Assembly (NCBI RefSeq): GCF_001194135.2
Contig: NC_068986.1
Span: 30,803,624-30,867,623 of the forward strand
Direction of reading: 5' to 3'
DNA from: Octopus bimaculoides
Lineage: Eukaryota
Length of the DNA stretch: 64,000 bases
Part shown: in pieces, positions 52,146 through 63,989 of the stretch
Numbering within the stretch: the first letter of the stretch is position 1
Layout: each line of letters begins with the position of its first letter
Notes under the pieces: generated by a model
What the model was told of the DNA's origin: nothing
Database searches by the model: none
What the model saw: only the letters and a program-made list of their open reading frames with translations
Position numbers and translations under genes: made by a program

Positions 52146-54010
52146 GGGCATTGTATACATAGTTTGTATACATAGATTTATTTTCTTTATTTGACAATAG
52201 GTTGTACATTTTCTGAGAAACCTATCTGCAACAGTTGGGCACAAATATGGGTGTATGGTTAAGAAGTTTGATTTACAACCAATGTGGTTTGGAGTTTAAT
52301 TCCACTGTACAGCATCTTGGATAAATGTTTTCTACTATACCAGAATTTCACCATGAACCAGTGAGTGGAATTTGGTCATTGGAGACTACATGGAACCCCC
52401 TTTAAATGTGTGTGTTGCTGTTATCATTCTTGCTAAGTTATAAAATTTAAAGTAAATTCAAAAATGGCCATAAAAATGATGATGATGATGATGATGATGA
52501 TGATGGTAGTGGTGTGTATTGCAAAGAATAAAATCATCATATACATTCATCATCATCATCATCATCATCCAGTCAGGGCAAAATAATAACCTGAATAATG
52601 GTAAAAAAAAAAAACCCAAAGTCTAACATCACCTTTTGAACAATGTCAGAGAATGAAGAAAACTGTTGTTTATTTGCTGATTTCTTTACACTTGCAGTTT
52701 TTTAAGCTTCACCTCACCAACCCCCAACTTTGTATTTAACAAGTAATAAAGTAGTGTTCGTTATATTGTAACTCTATTTCTTATTTACTGTACCTATTTT
52801 TATTTGCATAATAAATACACTAACAAAGCTTATTCAACAACAGGAAATTCAGAATAATGGCATTTAAAATCCCTAAGGTTGCTATTATTTGTGAAGTTTA
52901 CTATACTGTGTTGAGTGTTATTTTACAGCTTCATACAGTTACTAAACAAAATAAGAGGTTAGTTCAATTATATATGTCTAGCCAAAGTAAATGTAATAAT
53001 TTAAGTATCTCTATTCAATTGTTATAATGAGGTGAAGATGCTCAACAATAGTATGTGACTTTGCTCTGATCTAAGCAATCAGACAAACATTAAATAGAAT
53101 TAGAAAGTTTGGCCTACTAAATAAATTTTACATACATTTTATGCATGCTGTTTTTTCTCTTCTTTTTATTATGGAATGGAAGGACTGGCAGCTATGATGC
53201 CATGCAGTTCCTCTAATTAATCTAGAAAGGTGTGATACTCAGGGGAATTAGGTGCAGGGTATGTTTAGGGAGTTTGTTGTTAGCCAGTAACATCAGTGTA
53301 GTTAAGTGGTCTTCATTCTCTATTAGATTGCAAAAGTTTTCAAAATATAATATTTAATAAGGCCTATGTTCATCACAAGAACAGTGGCTAGTAAAGCCAA
53401 CCCTATGTTGAGTAACAACAGTAGGGGTATCTACTGATACTAATGAGGGAACAAAGAAACTGTGGTGAAATGCACTTTGATCTCAGCCACTCAGACGTTT
53501 TGTTTGAATTCTTGTAGATTAGGAAATATGAAAATGTGTGTTTAGCGGGATTTTAAGAAGCATGCAGGGTTTAACAAAGTACAGAAATCTGTAAACAGAG
53601 AGCTTTATTTGACTAAAAAACAGAATCAAAATATGATGGCCACTTGTAGGTGATAGTATTATTGGCATAGAATAAGCAACTTCCAAGCAGAAGCTTTGAG
53701 ATAAATGGTGGCATGGCAAGTATTTTATTGTAATTCAAACTGGCCAGATCTGGCCTCTCACATGCATCCTACAACGTTATTCTATAAAATAAGTGATCAC
53801 ATCTTCAAAATCACAAAGCTGTGAGATATGTAATTAATTCAAAACAATGTGAATAAATAAACATTTGACAGAATGATGTGAATGTTTGAGGGTTAATATA
53901 TTTTCATGGCTGAAACAGGTGAATAATTTGTAGATTTGAAGATCATAGCTTTCTTCAGAAACTTACTTATGTTTCTCAGATAATTTTTATGCTTTTCGTT
54001 CTTCTCTCAG

Positions 54011-54095
54011 GCACTATCCTACTACGAAATTTACTTCAGTTGCCGATACTCCCGAAAACAGGAGGATAGCTACAAACACTAAAATTCAAAGCAGT
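54011..54095 (+). CDS. LASP1: Lasp coding exon 3: last LIM ligand plus first nebulin repeat; 85 nt, phase 2 to phase 0
   Basis: cttctctcag|GCACTAT...AGCAGT|gtaagt. It continues in frame from exon 2 (GC+G = Ala) as HYPTTKFTSVADTPENRRIATNTKIQSS, compared with human [28 protein letters not shown] (recalled). Confidence 0.97.
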
Positions 54096-55311
54096 GTAAG
54101 TTGGTTCAGTTATTGTTTGTAATTAAATATCTTAATTTCGAATAACACATTAGTTCATAATTTTTTTTTTTTAATAAGAAACTTATCTATGTAATATTAA
54201 AGCGTCTTTTTCAGCTATGTTGTTATTTTTTTTTTTTTAACACACAACTTAGCTTTTAGTTATAGAATTATTAATTGATTTGACCTAAATTGGTAATTTT
54301 TTTCTTATTGAACAAAAAAAAAAACAAACCAACCTATTTTAAATTATGCTTTCTTAATATAGTTTATTTAGGTCATAAAATGTATAGTATCAATTAGTTG
54401 ATATTAATTGATACTATACATTGCTTTTTTGCTATACATGAATTTTCTTTTTATTGTTTTTATTTTGAATTCTAGAATACTTTAGATACATGAAATTTGT
54501 TTCCAATGGTTCTTGTGTAAATTTATGGTCATGACATANNNNNNNNNNNNNNNNNNNNNNNNNNNNNNNNNNNNNNNNNNNNNNNNNNNNNNNNNNNNNN
54601 NNNNNNNNNNNNNNNNNNNNNNNNNNNNNNNNNNNNNNNNNNNNNNNNNNNNNNNNNNNNNNNNNNNNNNNNNNNNNNNNNNNNNNNNNNNNNNNNNNNN
54701 NNNNNNNNNNNNNNNNNNNNNNNNNNNNNNNNNNNNNNNNNNNNNNNNNNNNNNNNNNNNNNNNNNNNNNNNNNNNNNNNNNNNNNNNNNNNNNNNNNNN
54801 NNNNNNNNNNNNNNNNNNNNNNNNNNNNNNNNNNNNNNNNNNNNNNNNNNNNNNNNNNNNNNNNNNNNNNNNNNNNNNNNNNNNNNNNNNNNNNNNNNNN
54901 NNNNNNNNNNNNNNNNNNNNNNNNNNNNNNNNNNNNNNNNNNNNNNNNNNNNNNNNNNNNNNNNNNNCACACACACACACACACTTTAAATATATGCAGT
55001 TAAATTGATTTAAGGTGTTAGAATTATTATATTTTGCTAGGAAGTTTGTGTACATGTGAGTAGATGATTGAGCTACTAAAAACTGAATATAGTAAATGAA
55101 AGTAAGTTAGTTTTCAACTTTCTTGAATACCACCTAGCTCTCTGGATGTTATATGTCTTTCATATATGTGTGTGTGTATGTATGTATGTGTATATATATA
55201 TATATATATATGAATCTCAGTGTAGCGAATACCTCCTAATTCCTTACAATAGTGAGAAATTAATTTTACTGTCCTTTATTAAAGAGTGAGAATGTTTTAA
55301 AACAACATATT

Positions 55312-55626
55312 TGTGGCTGTGTGGTAAAAAGCTGGCTTCCCAACCACATGGTTCCAAGTTTTCTACTATAGCTCCAGACTGACCAAAGCCTTGTGAGTGG
55401 ATTTGGTAGACAGAAACTGAAAGAAGTCCATCATATGTATGTACGTGTGTGTGTGTGTGTGTGTCTTTGTTTGTATTTGTCCCCTATCACTGCTTGACAG
55501 TTGGTGCTGGTATGTTTACATCCTATGACTTAGTGGTTCAGCAAAATAGACTGCTAGAATAAGTACCAGACTTAAAAAATAAGTACTGGGGTCAATTTAT
55601 TTGACTAAAACATGGTGATGCCCCAG
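55312..55626 (+). mobile_element. SINE A copy, tail type 1
   Basis: TGTGGCTGTGTGGTAAAAAGC head to GAATAAGTACCAG...CTGGGGTCAATTT tail. Confidence 0.8.
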
Positions 55627-58044
55627 TAAAAGTTCGCACGCACGCACTCACACACACAGAGAAAAGGATAGAAAAGAAAGAAAAATATATGCTAAAAACC
55701 ATGTAAAAATTGAACCTACATTCCTAAATTCATTACCAGCCGTGTATGCATGTTCATTTAGATATGATTGCATACTAATTAGATGAGCTTTAAGCAGTGT
55801 TGAATGAAATATAGTTTATATAGTTATATTTAACATGTTCATGTAAATTTGGACATGGAGTTTATTTCTTCTTTCAAGATAAATTGTGCAGCATATTGTC
55901 TTTCCATGACCAGCTGCATAAAAAAATATGTTAAATATGACTACATAACTAAATATAATTGCATATATTTAAAAAGCTTTCCACGAGTAAAACTTCCCAA
56001 GTTATTTGTTGAAATGTTTCTTTTCTTCTTTTTCTAAGTTCTATTTTTTGTTGCTTGTCTTCATGAATGAAAGTAATAAAATCTTAATCAAAATTAACGG
56101 ACTTCTGATATAAATACATTGTTCTATTTATTGTTCATATAATTTATGTAGATTAATATTTTTTGTTAATTTCTTGTTCTCCTATGATATTTTTCTCTTT
56201 ATTATTGTTTTCTTGGTTTTAAAGAATGAAATTTATTGGGGAGCACATTATTATTTTTGCGTATGTGAGACTTCTTTATTCATCTGTTTCTCATTTTGTA
56301 TTAATGATTTCTTTTGATATATTTCTGAATCTGTATTTTCAGAGGAATTTTTATCTCTTCATTTCAATATAATATTTTTAAGAATTGTCCCATGAGTATC
56401 TCTATCTTTTTACAACCAGTCTGATTGGATCCATCCTCAAAATGCCAACTGCATCAAATTGCAAGTGGAAGTAATTTAGTAATTTCCTCTTGAATAGATC
56501 CTTTTATTAATTAGGTCCTTCAAATGTCCCAGAAGACACTAGTAATTGACCCCCACTATGTTATTTTCACCTTATATATAGTCTGCGTGTGAAACACTGT
56601 CTTTATAAAACTTAGTGTTAAATATTCATTCCACGTGTCTTGCTTTTCCCCATTTTTTTTTCTTAACTTAACTTTATTTTATTTTATTCTTTAGGGATTC
56701 ATAAATTTTATGTAATATTCTTTATGTACAATGTAACTTTTTATAAAAGTAGAGGAAGTTTTTGCTTCTAAAATATTTCTAGGGGGTAGATTTTATTCTC
56801 TAATTATCTGGGCATTTTTTTTTTTTTTTTTTTTTTTTNNNNNNNNNNNNNNNNNNNNNNNNNNNNNNNNNNNNNNNNNNNNNNNNNNNNNNNNNNNNNN
56901 NNNNNNNNNNNNNNNNNNNNNNNNNNNNNNNNNNNNNNNNNNNNNNNNNNNNNNNNNNNNNNNNNNNNNNNNNNNNNNNNNNNNNNNNNNNNNNNNNNNN
57001 NNNNNNNNNNNNNNNNNNNNNNNNNNNNNNNNNNNNNNNNNNNNNNNNNNNNNNNNNNNNNNNNNNNNNNNNNNNNNNNNNNNNNNNNNNNNNNNNNNNN
57101 NNNNNNNNNNNNNNNNNNNNNNNNNNNNNNNNNNNNNNNNNNNNNNNNNNNNNNNNNNNNNNNNNNNNNNNNNNNNNNNNNNNNNNNNNNNNNNNNNNNN
57201 NNNNNNNNNNNNNNNNNNNNNNNNNNNNNNNNNNNNNNNNNNNNNNNNNNNNNNNNNNNNNNNNNNNNNNNNNNNNNNNNNNNNNNNNNNNNNNNNNNNN
57301 NNNNNNNNNNNNNNNNNNNNNNNNNNNNNNNNNNNNNNNNNNNNNNNNNNNNNNNNNNNNNNNNNNNNNNNNNNNNNNNNNNNNNNNNNNNNNNNNNNAT
57401 GTCAGCTTTTATGATGGCAAAATCCCTATTTTTTATTTGATGATGAACAAATATTACATTAATGTATTTGTTTTGCAAGGTTCTTGTTGTGAAAGCAAGT
57501 GTTGAAACAAATATTACTATACTTGGAGATGGTAATATTTTGCCAATTAAACACACACACACACACACACACATGCTATATATTTGATCTATAATGGAAG
57601 GAAGGTTTTTATGATACTTTTGGGGTATCTCCTTCTTCCATTATAATTATTCTGTTGATTCAAGGAGCTGGAATTACGAAGAATGAAGTTCTCAGGCAGA
57701 GTAAATTCAATAACCGTTTATTCAGAGGTGCTTATACAAGGGGTTTGCTTTCAGTAGCCATCTTCCCAGCAGTGCATAGTTAGCTTTCTCTCCCATACAT
57801 GTGAGGTTCAATAACCTATGGAGACAATGCATGTGGTATCACATCAGGACAAAAGTCTGCTGTGAGCTCCAGGCTTCGAAGTCTTGCTTGGCGTCAGCAT
57901 GAAAAGAATGAGAGGGAAAATGTTGTCTTTTCCTTAAAAAATGGTTGCAGGCGAGATCTCATTTTTATCTCGCATATGGCAATGGTTGCAGGTGAGATTT
58001 TGCTGTTTCAGAATGGCACTGGCTTCTTTGTGCCCTGCTACAAA

Positions 58045-58364
58045 TCTTTACTGCAGCTTTGTTATTTTTGTTTCTTTGTCAAAGCTCTTTTGTCACACAC
58101 CCTGTGACTTCTTCAGCAGCAACTCTTTAATCCCACATGTCTCCTCTTGTCCTGCTTAGTCCATTTTCAATGGAAAAGGAACTAAGCTGGATAAGTAGGA
58201 TAAAGACTCACTGAAGAGGTCACAGAATGTGTGATGAAAGAGCGGAAAATGGGCTAAGCAGAACAAGAGGACACGCATGGGATAAAGAGTGACTGAAGAG
58301 ATCACAGGATGTGTGACACAAATTTGACAAAGAAACAAAAACAATAATAAAGCTGAAGTAAAGA
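58045..58364. ncRNA. Inverted-plus-tandem array of three hammerhead-like units, probably a Penelope-like or retrozyme terminal-repeat relic
   Basis: Arms 58045-58168 and 58245-58364 are imperfect inverted repeats, and 58172-58244 is a partial direct copy. Each unit has CTGAAGA-R-(G/A)TCACA-5 nt-TGTGA(C/T) followed by AAAA, GAAA or ACAAA. Confidence 0.55.
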
Positions 58365-59327
58365 CGAAACATATAATGCTTATGTTTAATTGGCAAAATA
58401 TGACCATCTCCAAGTATAACAGTAGATGAACAAATAAATCGTTATTTTAATTTTTTTTAAAAATGTCATGGGTTGCTATTTAATTAGAAGAGAAAGTAAT
58501 ATATAATTTGCTAATAGAAACTAGAATCCAAGGTAACAAATGGTGGTCTGATTAAGTTAAAATCAGTTCATAAATTTTTCAAATTTTACAAAAATTCTCT
58601 ACATTTGAACTTATTCAAATTTGCTATGCATTTATTGAATCACAATTCTTTCATTTTAAAATCCATTGATTCTTTTAGAGTGGAAGCAGTGGCAGGAAAC
58701 TTTCAAGATTTCATTTTTTTACACACTGTTGGAAATACACAATAGTTTCATACATTTGTTTCTAATATTACCATGATTATTCTTTAGATTCAAAAGAAAA
58801 AGTTGTATTTATTTATTTTATCATTTTTGATGTGTATTTGCAATTTTGTTGTCTCAAATATCTCTTTTTCTGATTTTAAAGTATAAACATTAATACATTT
58901 GTCTTCACAGAAAGTCATTTTTGTTTCAATGGAAACACGATATTTGTGTTTTTAGTAATATTTGTGCTTAAAACCTAAATTTTTCTTGCAGCTGATATAA
59001 TCAACTCCAGTTTCATCAGGTCCCTGATTCCCACAGTTTAGTTTAGAGCCATAATAGGGAGAAGAATAATCATTTTTTACAAGCCAAAAATTATTTGCAG
59101 TCTGCATCCTTCCTAAGTATATGCAAATGTTTATACCAAAGTGACATTGTGGTATCATGACCTATTAGAGCTTTAGGAATATATTTATTAGTGCCACTAC
59201 ACAATTGTGTGTGTGATCTCATGGTATCAATTTCCAGAGTATGATTTAAGATAAACCCAGTCTTAAATCCTATGTTTTCTGAAGGTTACATTCACTTGTT
59301 TCAGTGTTCTAACATCAATATTTATAA

Positions 59328-59401
59328 TAGAGGGTGGCCCAAAACTTGTGCTACCTATTAATATAGATTGAATGATAGCATGACTTTTGGGCTGCTGTGT
59401 A
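59328..59401. mobile_element. Minimal Tc1/mariner-like palindromic MITE (~74 bp)
   Basis: TA-GAGGGTGGCCCAAAACTTGTGCTA...TAGCATGACTTTTGGGCTGCTGTG-TA: imperfect TIRs with TA flanks. Confidence 0.55.
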
Positions 59402-59724
59402 TCAGTAATATATGCAAGGCATCAACAGTGTTTTGTATGAAATCTACATATGACAACATTTTCTGTGTTAGAAAATGTCAAAGGTGGATTTAAATAAGAA
59501 AAAACAAAATTAACAAATTGTTTAGGGGTTCTGAGGATTGTTCTATCACTTTTGAAGAATTGGTTGGTTCACGAACTCTATTTTCCTGCACAGTTCACAT
59601 ACATTTTTACAATAATGTCTAAATTAAGAAAAGTAGGTGTCAAGGAGGTTCACTCAATTTAGGAGGTTGTATAAACATTTTAAGTTTTTAATTCTTCAGT
59701 TTTAAGCAAAGCTTTCAACCAGTA

Positions 59725-60046
59725 GATGCCATTAGACAAAACAACATTTGAGTGTGGTTGTTGCCAGTGTCACCAGACTGGCTCCCGTACAGATAGCATG
59801 TAAAAAAAACACCCTTTGAGCGTGGTTGTTGCCAGAACTGCCTGACTGGCCCTCGTGCCGGTGGCATGTAAAAGCACCCACTACACTCTTGGAGTGGTTA
59901 GCGTTAGGAAGGACATCCAGCTGTAGAAACTTTGCCAGATCTGATTGGAGCCTGGTGCAGCCTTCTGGCTTGCCAGTCCTCAGTCAAACCGTCCAACCCA
60001 TGCCAGCATGGAAAGCGGACGTTAAACGACGACGATGATGATGATG
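59725..60046 (+). mobile_element. RTE 3' UTR with subrepeats and (GAC/GAT)n tail
   Basis: Matches 21050-21366 and 33030-33262. Confidence 0.9.
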
Positions 60047-60864
60047 AATAGTAAATGCTTTTGCTACAACTCAGCTGAAAGCAAATCCTTATTCACCCTA
60101 AGAAGTTTTTGCTTTTAAAGTTGGTGATGCATATTTTTGTTCGATATAATCAATTTCAGTACATAACCACCACTAAAATTAAGTAACAACTAGCATAAGA
60201 AAGAAGCAGAGAAAAATAAATTAATTTTACTGATACAAATTCTAATGCAGTTGTGATGCTTCTGCAAATGCTGAAAGGATTTTTTGAGGGAAAGTTTGAT
60301 ATCATTTGCTTTTATAGATCATCAAATATTTAGGTGTCTGCAAAAATTATCTTGATGAGAGATATCCATTTTAGATTACCTAAAACCTACATTTTTGTGG
60401 CTTTTTTTTAAATTTATATTTTTACCTCAAAATGTTTGAATCTATAAACAGAGTATTGAAAAGATTTTTGTCATTGAGAATCTTATCAATACAAACAGAA
60501 AATATATACAGAATTAAAATGGGAGTTGATTCTTTCCTACCTTTTATTAGAAATCTGTTCAAATAGTACTATATAGAATCAATGTTTATAGTATATGATG
60601 TTAGAATTAACCCTGTAACAAAATAATGTTTATATATATATATATATATATATAAATAAACAAATAATAAATGAGTATATGCATATATACGTACATTTAT
60701 GTACATAGCTACATCTACATGTATATATAGATGCATATCTGGGTACAGGACGTTGCAAAAAAAGTGGACAAAATGATAAACAGAATACAGAAAATACACA
60801 GGCCACTTAGAGAGCATTTCCTTTCATCAGCTGCCACCATTCTAAAACTAAATGTTTCGAAGAG

Positions 60865-60897
<33 letters not shown>

Positions 60898-62131
60898 GCA
60901 CATTATTTCTAGATGTATAAGCATCAAAATAAAACTAAATGGAATTTCATTTCATTTTTTCATTTTCATCTAGTTTCAGCTCATGAGCTGTGGCCATGCT
61001 GGAGCACCGCCATTTAGTTTCACTTCACAAGATAAAAAATTTTTTTTTCATTTGGCTACTGGATATTTTTTGTATTATATAAATGCAACTATTTGAATTC
61101 TCAGTGTTATAAAATCTTCATAAAAAGACACAATTCATGGTTTAGTCCCAAATGTGACTGCAGAAATCTTCACTCTGAGTATGTTCACTGTTTTAATTAC
61201 TCATTGATGATACTGAACAACTGATTGTGGTAATATTTGTTGAAAGGCATTATTGTATGGTAACTGCAACCTCCACAAAGTTTTTTTTTATCAAAAGTAT
61301 TGTTGTATCCTTTAGCATTCAGATTACACTGTCAAATGTAATGCTCAATTGTTCATATTGTTTTGAATTAATCATGCTGTATGAGATTTTGATGATGTGA
61401 TTGTTTTCAGAATGACATTGTAGGGTGGGTGTGAGAGGCCAACACAGCCTTGTGAATGCAGATATTATGAATGAATCCTTCATATGCAATATTCTGTTTT
61501 TAACATTCAGTTCTTGTGTACGACTTTAATTAGCTGAACATCCCATCTCCTTTGTATGTATGTATGTGTGATTTTGTTATTTATTACATGCAAATGGCAG
61601 GATAGGTGCTGAAAAATGCCTGCATTAAAATTTCAAATCCCATTGAGGCTGATTACGCCATTCTTTTATGCCTTTGTTTTTGAGATGAATTATTACTGTA
61701 ACAATAGAGGTTCATCACATTATTGTCAATTTTCTATTTCTATCTACACCAAGCTTCACGTGCTATATTCTTCAATCATTTTTAGGTGCCAAACTCTACA
61801 TATAACCCAAAGTGTGTTTGCTCATAGACTAAAATATGCTTTCAGTAGAGAGGTAAAAGATAAGGTTTATAATCTGATCAACCTATAATACTCCAATTTA
61901 AAAAGAAAATGATACTGTCTTATCATTGATATTTTGGTCACATATTTTATACAACTTTGTTATATATGCATTAAAATTAGATCATTAAATCAGTCAAATA
62001 GTTGAATTGTATTTAAATGAAATCAATACTAATTTTCTCTTTGTTTCTAATTTTCAATGCTCTTTCTGATGAAACTTTGTCAAAACTTTCTGGCTATAAA
62101 GCAAATCAAATAATAATAATAATAATAATAA

Positions 62132-62337
62132 TTTTTGTGTAAGGCCAGCAATTTTGAGGAAAGTAGAAGCCAGTTACATCAACTGCAGTACTTGACTGGT
62201 ACTTTATTTCATAGACCCCAAAATGATGAAAGGTAAAGTTGACCTTAGCAGGATTTGAACTCATAACTTAAGGAGCAGGAAGAAATCCTGCTAAGTATTT
62301 TGTCTAACATGCTAACAAATCTGTTAGCTAACCACCT
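62132..62337 (-). mobile_element. Old SINE B copy flanked on both sides by (TAA)n
   Basis: Reverse of the family B head and body; (AAT)n at ~62108-62131 and (TAA)7 at 62338-62358. Confidence 0.7.
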
Positions 62338-62364
62338 TAATAATAATAATAATAATAATGAGTT

Positions 62365-62950
62365 GTGACATGATGAAGTAGCAAAAGTGCTATATTGGAA
62401 ACTGTGCACAAAGTAGGGCTAGAGAGAAGCAAGATATGGTATGAGCACAAACCAGAGAATGACAGTCAAAGACCTGCAAAATCCTCTTGGACTTCCCAAT
62501 CCAAACAGATCAGGTGCTACAGTATAACAGACCAGACCTAATGGTCCACATGTGACATATAGTTGATGTTGCATTCCCCTTAGACTCATGAATAGTCAAG
62601 AAGGCAGGCAAAAAAAATAGATATATATATATATATACAATCCTCTTAAGTACAAAATAGCAAGGCTATGGAAAATGAAGAAGGTGAAAAAAAGTGCCAG
62701 TAATTGTTGGTTCCTTGGGACAGTATCAGAAGGCATCGAGGAATATAAAGGAAATCGGAATAGAGTGCCCAGTAGAACTGTTACAGAAGGTTTGTCTACT
62801 TGGCACGGCCAGAACAATCAGGAAACTATTAGATAGTTGAAAAGAACAGATAGCATAGTGCTGTAGGCTGCAGGCAGCAAGCCTGCTATGCATGCAAGAC
62901 TCCACGAGTTACAACAAAACCTGAGATAAAAAGAATAAATAATAATAATG
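62365..62950 (+). mobile_element. R4/Dong/Hero-type non-LTR retrotransposon 3' fragment encoding a restriction-like endonuclease, decayed
   Basis: With frameshifts: HDEVAKVLYWKLC..GLERSKIWYEHKPE..CKILLDFPIQTDQVLQYNRPDLMV..IVDVAFPLDS..LKYKIARLWKMKKV..VPVIVGSLG..VELLQKVCLLGTARTIRKLLDS* (stop 62838-40). This has the PD..D pattern and the LQK..LLGTAR terminus of RLE-bearing LINEs. Confidence 0.88.
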
Positions 62951-63017
62951 ATAGTACTAAAAAAAGCCTTTTCAGGTATTTGATATCTGTAATCTGACTA
63001 AATCATGTCTTGTAATA

Positions 63018-63363
63018 TTCTTTTATTCCTTTGTCTCAGTCATTTGACTGTGGCCACCTTTAGTTGAACAAATCGACCCTAGGACTTATTCTTTGTAAGT
63101 CTAATACTTATTCTATCAGTCTTTTTTGCCAAACTGCTAAGTTATGGGGACATAAACACACCAACATCAGTTGTCAAGCAATGATGGACACACACACACA
63201 TGACAGGCTTCTTTCAGTTTCCATTTACCAAATCCACTCACAAGGCTTTGGTTGGTCCAGGTCTATAGTAGAAGACACTTGCCCAAGGTGCCACGCAGTG
63301 AGACTGAGTTCAGAACCATGTGGTTGGTAAGCAAGCTACTTACCACAGAGCCACTCCTGCACT
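63018..63363 (-). mobile_element. SINE A copy, near full length
   Basis: Colinear with 198-622. Confidence 0.85.
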
Positions 63364-63954
63364 TATGTAAGTAGGTTTCTAAAATGGTCTAGTGACATGT
63401 CTACCAATGTTACTGTAGTTTGAAAGAAATTAGTGAAAGTACAATGGAGATAGAACCTATTATGTACATCTAATAGCACTTATCTAATTACCTGTATTAG
63501 CATGGCATTTTGTTTGCAAAAAGACAGTCTTCCTAGTACTATATCAAGGTTATGTCCTTCAATGTTTGCTGTCTACTATGTTAATGAGTCATTTCAATCG
63601 TGATTTTTAACCTAACTATTTAACAATTAGAAACAATTTCAAACTGATCACATATTGGTCACTATTACTTTTGTTTTATCATTTTACAGTAGTTTCTTGC
63701 CTCTTGTACAGTGTGAAATAAAATGCATTTTATTTGGGTAGTAGAAGATGCAAAGAATAAATATGTTTTTGCTACAAAATGATGTCATGTATTTGTTTGC
63801 TTTTCAATGTGTTTGTTTGTTTAGTGAACCAAATGAGTTGGTAAAGACTAAATGCTATTAATTTGATTGCATCTAATTGAAGTAAGCTAATATGGTGGAC
63901 ATCATTGGTTTTTTTTGTGCTCATGCCAAGTCATTAAAGTTGTATTGTTATGCA

Positions 63955-63989
<35 letters not shown>

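Noticed and set aside
212-63330. Most ORFs in the supplied track (poly-HT, poly-CV, poly-IY, poly-X and others)
   Set aside because: They run through microsatellites, SINEs or N gaps and have no recognisable domains. Only 32661-33038 (RTE ORF2 end) reflects real coding sequence, and it is transposon-derived.
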